In this document: one piece after another, positions 57,491-64,000 of the stretch
How the letters are laid out: every line of letters begins with the position of its first letter
How positions within the stretch are numbered: the first letter of the stretch is position 1
From: Eledone cirrhosa
Taxonomy: Eukaryota
Reading direction: 5' to 3'
NCBI GenBank assembly: GCA_964016885.1
Contig: OZ024744.1
Span: forward strand, 86,304,001 to 86,368,000
Length of the DNA stretch: 64,000 nt
Notes under the pieces: model-generated
What the model saw: only the letters and a program-made list of their open reading frames with translations
What the model was told of the DNA's origin: nothing
Databases searched by the model: none
Made by a program: the position numbers and the translations under genes

Positions 57491-58640
57491 GCATACATGC
57501 ATTTTCTTTGCACACAGAGACACACACACACACACACACACACATATAATATAGAATACATATATATATAAATATATGTGTGTGTGTGTGTATGTTTCTA
57601 CCGCCACACAGTTACACACACACACACTCATAAACACACACACACACATACATACACACACAAACACATATACATATATATATATATACCTATCTGCTCA
57701 TTCTCTCCCAGCACATAAACGCACACACACACACATAAACACATGCACACAGAAACACACACACACACATACACACACACACACACCTATGTTCTACTCT
57801 ATGCCTTACCAAAGTTGTGAATACAAACGAGAAGGAAGTTAGCTGGTTCTGGTATCAAGGGAATTAGAAAAGGGCAGAACTGGGAAGATAGTAGAGGGAG
57901 ATGGATGCTGGAGTTTTAGTAGTGAAAATCGCTAATGGATATCTCTTAATGTTTTTATGTGGTTTTTTTCTCCCTTTCCTGACTTTTTTTTTCTACTGAT
58001 TTATTATTATTATTATTATTATTATTTGTATTATTTTTATTTTTTATTTTTTATTTTAGATAAATATTTCTTTATTTGTTCCTTCTTTATCTTGCTCTCC
58101 TGCCTGAAAGCACGATAATAACAAGGAAGATGATTTTGTGTGTTGTGCGTGCTGTTAAAAACTCATGAGACATAAAATGGTTTGACGAGAATTATATTCT
58201 TTGATGAATAAAATGATTGCGGCGAAGGTTTCTGAGGATATATAATTTAAAAATTATGACCAATAGCTGGTTTTTTTTTTGTTTTTTTTTTTTAATTGCT
58301 ATATATTCTGAAATTAACAATATATTAGCTTTAATTTAGATATTTACCTCTTTTGAGTACTTTATCGTCTCATTCACATTTTACTGCATTCTATATTATA
58401 CTTATACGAACTGTTCTGTCTTTCATTAACTACATAACCATGCTTGTATGTAACTGTAGCCATATATATTGTTTGATATATCAAGGCAGTTTTCATCAAG
58501 TTCGAACACGAAGAAACATATACAAAAGGATGTATTCATAAAGGTGAACATACAAATCTGAAGATGAAATTGGTACATAAATGTATATAAATATACAGGT
58601 ATACATAGGTAAGTGATTTCTGGAAGCGTCTGATAGTTTC

Positions 58641-58761
<121 letters not shown>

Positions 58762-58857
58762 TAATAAATGTAATAAAATATATATATGTATAATAAATGT
58801 AATAAAATATATATATATATAAGTAATAAATGTAATAAAAAACATATATATATAATA

Positions 58858-59358
58858 AGTGGCTGAATACAATAAATGTAATCTGAGTTTTTCGAATATT
58901 AATAATAACATTCGATTCATTTGCAATCATGCAAACAAGCCTCATTTTTAAAGCCATGTCAGTAGACTGAGTCCTTCATTCTTGATCTTGTGTTGGCATG
59001 CGAAAAGAACTGCAGACACTAATGTTTCTGGGTATCACCCTTCATCAGTAAATCTCACTGTTCACCTGCCAAACTGTCAGAGCTAGTGAAAATATATGCT
59101 ATTTTCTAAAATACACAGTGACTGATCGGCCTGATTTGCATATTAGAGGACTGGTTGATCAGTCAGATCTGCATATTAGCAGATCCACTGATCAGCGAGA
59201 TTTGCATATCAGCAGACTGGTCAGTCAGTTTCCTGTGTACGAGCGAATAATGGCCGGCTTTGCCATATTCAAATAATAATTTTTAAAAATTTCGCTATCA
59301 TGGCTGAAACAATAAATGTAATTTGAGTTTTTCGAATATTAATAATAACGAATCGAAT
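58858..59358 (-). mobile_element. Second copy of HHR family M cassette
   Basis: Homologous to 50984-51495; HHR 59007-59056 with intact CTGATGA; ~440-bp period. Confidence 0.78.
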
Positions 59359-59364
59359 ATTATT

Positions 59365-59548
59365 GTGGATTGGCAGTATTGGTAGAGGGTCGGACGCCAT
59401 GTTTTGACGTATAGAGTTACGGCCCTTGCCATTCTGAGTTCAAATCCCGCCAAGGTTAACTTTGCCTTTCATCCTTACGGGTTCGATAAAATAAAGCACC
59501 AGTAATGCACTGAGTAATTGCTGGCCTTGTGCCTAACGTAGTAACAAT
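59365..59548 (+). mobile_element. SINE copy
   Basis: Same consensus as the other copies. More diverged fragments lie at ~51985-52040 (-) and ~60125-60275 (-). Confidence 0.88.
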
Positions 59549-60855
59549 TTTTATTAAAACTTATCCGGATCTTGTAATGGAAATGTTCATGTAAAGATAT
59601 ATATATCCACTTTAATCACAACGAAGATCAAAACATAAACATGTTACCTACGGAGACATGGTAGGTGTGGAGAAATTGTAGTGAATGGCAGTTGTGATGA
59701 TGATAGTGGTAGTGGATTCGTACGTTGTTGCAGGAAGATATTACAGTGTTAAATTTTGTAAGTGTGGCTTAGGGCAGGCATGTCAATCGTGCGGCATTTT
59801 AGTTAGTTGTAATGTGCGCAATTAGTTGTTATGTGTGGCCCTCAGACAACACATATGTGACCCATGTGGCTCTCAGGAGACCACCAGTTTTCCTGCCTTA
59901 AGGTATTGGTGTATAGGTTTAATTACCTATATACATAGTAGAAACAGTTAATTATAATCAATGTTAGTGTATTCAAAATCTTATTGTTATCACAATCATA
60001 TATTAAAAATGAATTGAAAATATACATTTTTTACATTAAAAAACTCCGTATAATTTCAGATCCGCTGCATAAAATTTATAATTCCTTTTGTAACTCAGAC
60101 ACAAGGACAGTAGTTTGAGACATAAATTAGTTTAATCGGTACCAGCACTTGAATGGTGCTTTATTATATCGACTCCGAAACGATGAAACATGAAGTTGAC
60201 CTTGGTGATATTTGAACTCAGAACTTAAAAGAACCGTAAGTAAAGACCGCAATTATCTTGTCAGACGCGCTAAAGATAAAACAAATTTGCTTAATGTTAT
60301 AATTCCTTTAACATCCCAAAGTCCACGGCCTCAAATGATCACAATGGCTTGTTCTAAAGTATATATATGCTAGTGAGCCCCATGGTCACAATTGATTGCG
60401 AATCACATACATTATAGGTTATTCCTATACATACGTCATTCAAATCTTGGAGAAACAGTCTACGGAGGTTAAAGTTCCAACAACGGAGGAATTGAAGTAG
60501 AAGAGAGAAAAAGATTCCTCGATGGAAAGATAACCGACCATTGGAACCCTTCTAAATACACGCCATTCAGAAATTAGAAGTCAATATTATATTAAGTTGT
60601 CTATTTTTAAATAAACCCATTTCTTCTAATATTAGCCTGAGTATCTCTTTTCCCCTGTGTCTCTCTGTCTCACTCCGTTGACGTATTTTTCTAGTGCTCT
60701 ATTTCCTTATTACTTTTCTAAGCATATGTGATACCGAACACATTTTTTATCCCCTTGTAATGTCTTTTATTTCTATTTTCGTCCCTCACTTTTCTGTGTT
60801 TATGAGGAACAATAACAGACGATTCGTTATATATATATATATATATATATATATA

Positions 60856-61748
<893 letters not shown>

Positions 61749-61755
61749 TATATAC

Positions 61756-61807
<52 letters not shown>

Positions 61808-61809
<2 letters not shown>

Positions 61810-64000
61810 TAATAAAAAACAATGAATTAAAAACAAAGAACAAGTTCCTTATATTAAAAAATTCATAATTTTACGATCGTTTCTGGGATATATATATGTG
61901 TGTTGGTATGTATATCATGTTTCAGATCTAGGTAAAAATATTACAAATTATAAGAGGAAATATACATACCTTCACATATAGATACTGTCCTCAGAAATAA
62001 TGAGATGTGTTTATTGAAAAAAACAAAGAATTAATATAAAAAGTCTGTTTGGGAACAGGTTTTGAATTGACCAATAGAAAGGAGTTAGAGATCAAGTTCA
62101 AAGAATAACAGTAGTAGAAATTAAATCTAGGAGTGGAGGAGTGCGGATGTATGCTTTGAATGAAAATAATTCTATGGGGAGGAGAAAGACGGGGGTTGAA
62201 ATGATGTCAAGTCAAGAAGATAGTGAAGGGTACACGAACATTTTATGTTATTAAGGAATGTTGTTAAAAACAAAGGAAAATAAAATTTTGGGATAAGGGT
62301 ATTAGTGAGAAATACCCATCTTATTTAAACTACAAGGAATCTAGATATATAAGAAGAAATGAAATTAATTGATAGGTATACTTACAGGGATAAAATTATA
62401 ATAATTTATATGAATGTGATAAATAAAGAAGTAAAAAATGAAAGCAATAAAAAATATAAATATGGAAAAACTGAAGTAAATAAGCATTTTTATAAAGAGT
62501 ATTGTATCTATAGGGACATTGATGATATTAAAGATATTAATAATCATTGGTATTAAATGTGATAAATAGGGGATGTAATTAAATGAAGCAGTGAGGTTAA
62601 AAATAATTTTAGGAAAAGATAGCTGTAAGAGGGAAATAAAATTATGAAATTCTCTGTAGTAAAATACTAATTATAGGTTAACAAAATTTAAAAAATCAAT
62701 TATAATAATTTGTAAAATATAAGAGTAAGCTATATATTAATTAAGTTTATAATATTTGAAGGTTTTTTTAATTCTATGATTGCAAGATATAATTAAATCC
62801 TGTCGCTTATTTAATAGGATATCCTTAGTTTTCATGATTTCAAAAAGTTCTTAGGGGCATAACCTACACTCGTATCTGCTATTTTGATAAGGGGTGGCTC
62901 TTTTGAGCACGCTCCAGGTCAGGTTGTAATCTCTGTTCTTTCTATAATTATTAATTGCTTCGGCCAAGGATGTTGTATTAGCTAAGGCGGCATTTTAAAA
63001 ACTATGTTTGTGGGTATTAAATCTTAGTTTAAATTGGTTAGACGTAGCTCCGATATATGAAAGAGTGGAGTCCTAATTTTACATTTATAGACTATTATTA
63101 ATAAGACAATTTCCCTTTAATGGACAATTTCTTTTTATTCTACAGTTACAACCATTCGTAAATATTATATCAGGGGAGTTAGTCAACATTTGTGTGGAGT
63201 TTCCAGGATTTGTTATAGGTGAAGGAGATGGTGGTTTGTTATGGTTTATTTTAGTAATATTATGGTTGGTTTGATGTGTTGGTGGTGTATTTATGCTTTT
63301 CTACACTTATATGCGTTGTACGCACTTATATTCTGTTGTATATTTTTGGTAGTGGAGTATGAAAATTTGACATTAGATCTATTTAAAATTTGATGGTATT
63401 TATGGTTTGGTGGGAAGATTTTCTCTAGGATAGCAAAGAATGTTTTAGGGATATCGTCTTTAATTTATAGATTAAATGGAGTATTATACCAAGTAATCCG
63501 TCTATTGCGGTTTCGACATTTTTAAAAATATTTATACGATGTATGAGGATGTTTACTAAGAGAGTTTCTATTAGCGATTTTATTATATATAGGTTTAGTT
63601 AGATTAACTGATTTAGGTGTTTTAATCTGATTACTAAGAATTTTGTTAGTTATGTTGTTAACATATGTTGGAGTATTAGGGTGAATGGTTTTTTGAACGT
63701 CATTATCGGTAGATTGGCAGTATCGGTAGAGGGTCGGACGCCATGCTTTGAAGCATAGTTACGTCCCTTTACGGTCTGAGTTCAAATCCCGCCGAGGTTG
63801 ACTATGCCTTTCATCCTTACGGGGTCGATAAAATAAAGTACCAGTAATGTACTGAGTAATTGCTGGCCTTGTGCCAAAAGTAGAAACAATTATATTTATA
63901 TGTGAGAAGAGGTAGAGAAATAAAGTTTTGGGTTGGTATTTTGGGGTGTAGTATGAGTGGCATTTAGGTGTGGGTTTCTCATTTACTGTTTGTTGTTAAT
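61808..64000 (-). mobile_element. Penelope-like element 3' part (GIY-YIG + 3' pLTR with HHR family A at 61864-62002), decayed, SINE-interrupted
   Basis: Minus-strand RNRNRRITWYNTPFN, GCNCRIKRNCPLKGNCL and YIGATSNQFKLR. LTR homologous to 5363-5785. Confidence 0.85.
63707..63890 (+). mobile_element. SINE copy inside the Penelope remnant
   Basis: Same consensus as the other copies. Confidence 0.92.

Overview
AT-rich, microsatellite-saturated eukaryotic (animal) DNA. The mix of repeats resembles octopus/cephalopod genomes, but that is inference. There is no recognisable host protein-coding gene; most ORF-track entries are translations of microsatellites. The window holds decayed or near-intact non-LTR retrotransposons (Tx1/L1, CR1, two R4/Dong-type families, RTE, a CRE tail), three Penelope-like (RT + GIY-YIG) remnants, about ten copies of one tRNA-derived SINE and an internally deleted mariner. 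The main hidden signal is RNA-level. By eye I find about 24 type I hammerhead-ribozyme (HHR) motifs from about 13 sequence-unrelated families, plus half-motifs at the centre of palindromes. Most lie in small non-coding cassettes inserted in (TA)n tracts, arranged as partial tandem or inverted repeats (Penelope pseudo-LTR / retrozyme-like). Several have greatly expanded stem II domains (about 50-115 nt). Inversion breakpoints repeatedly fall in or next to the ribozyme, one fragment starts exactly at the predicted cleavage site, and two families carry octamer motifs about 75-85 nt upstream of the core. Coordinates and base-pairings were read manually and are approximate; no ribozyme activity has been tested.
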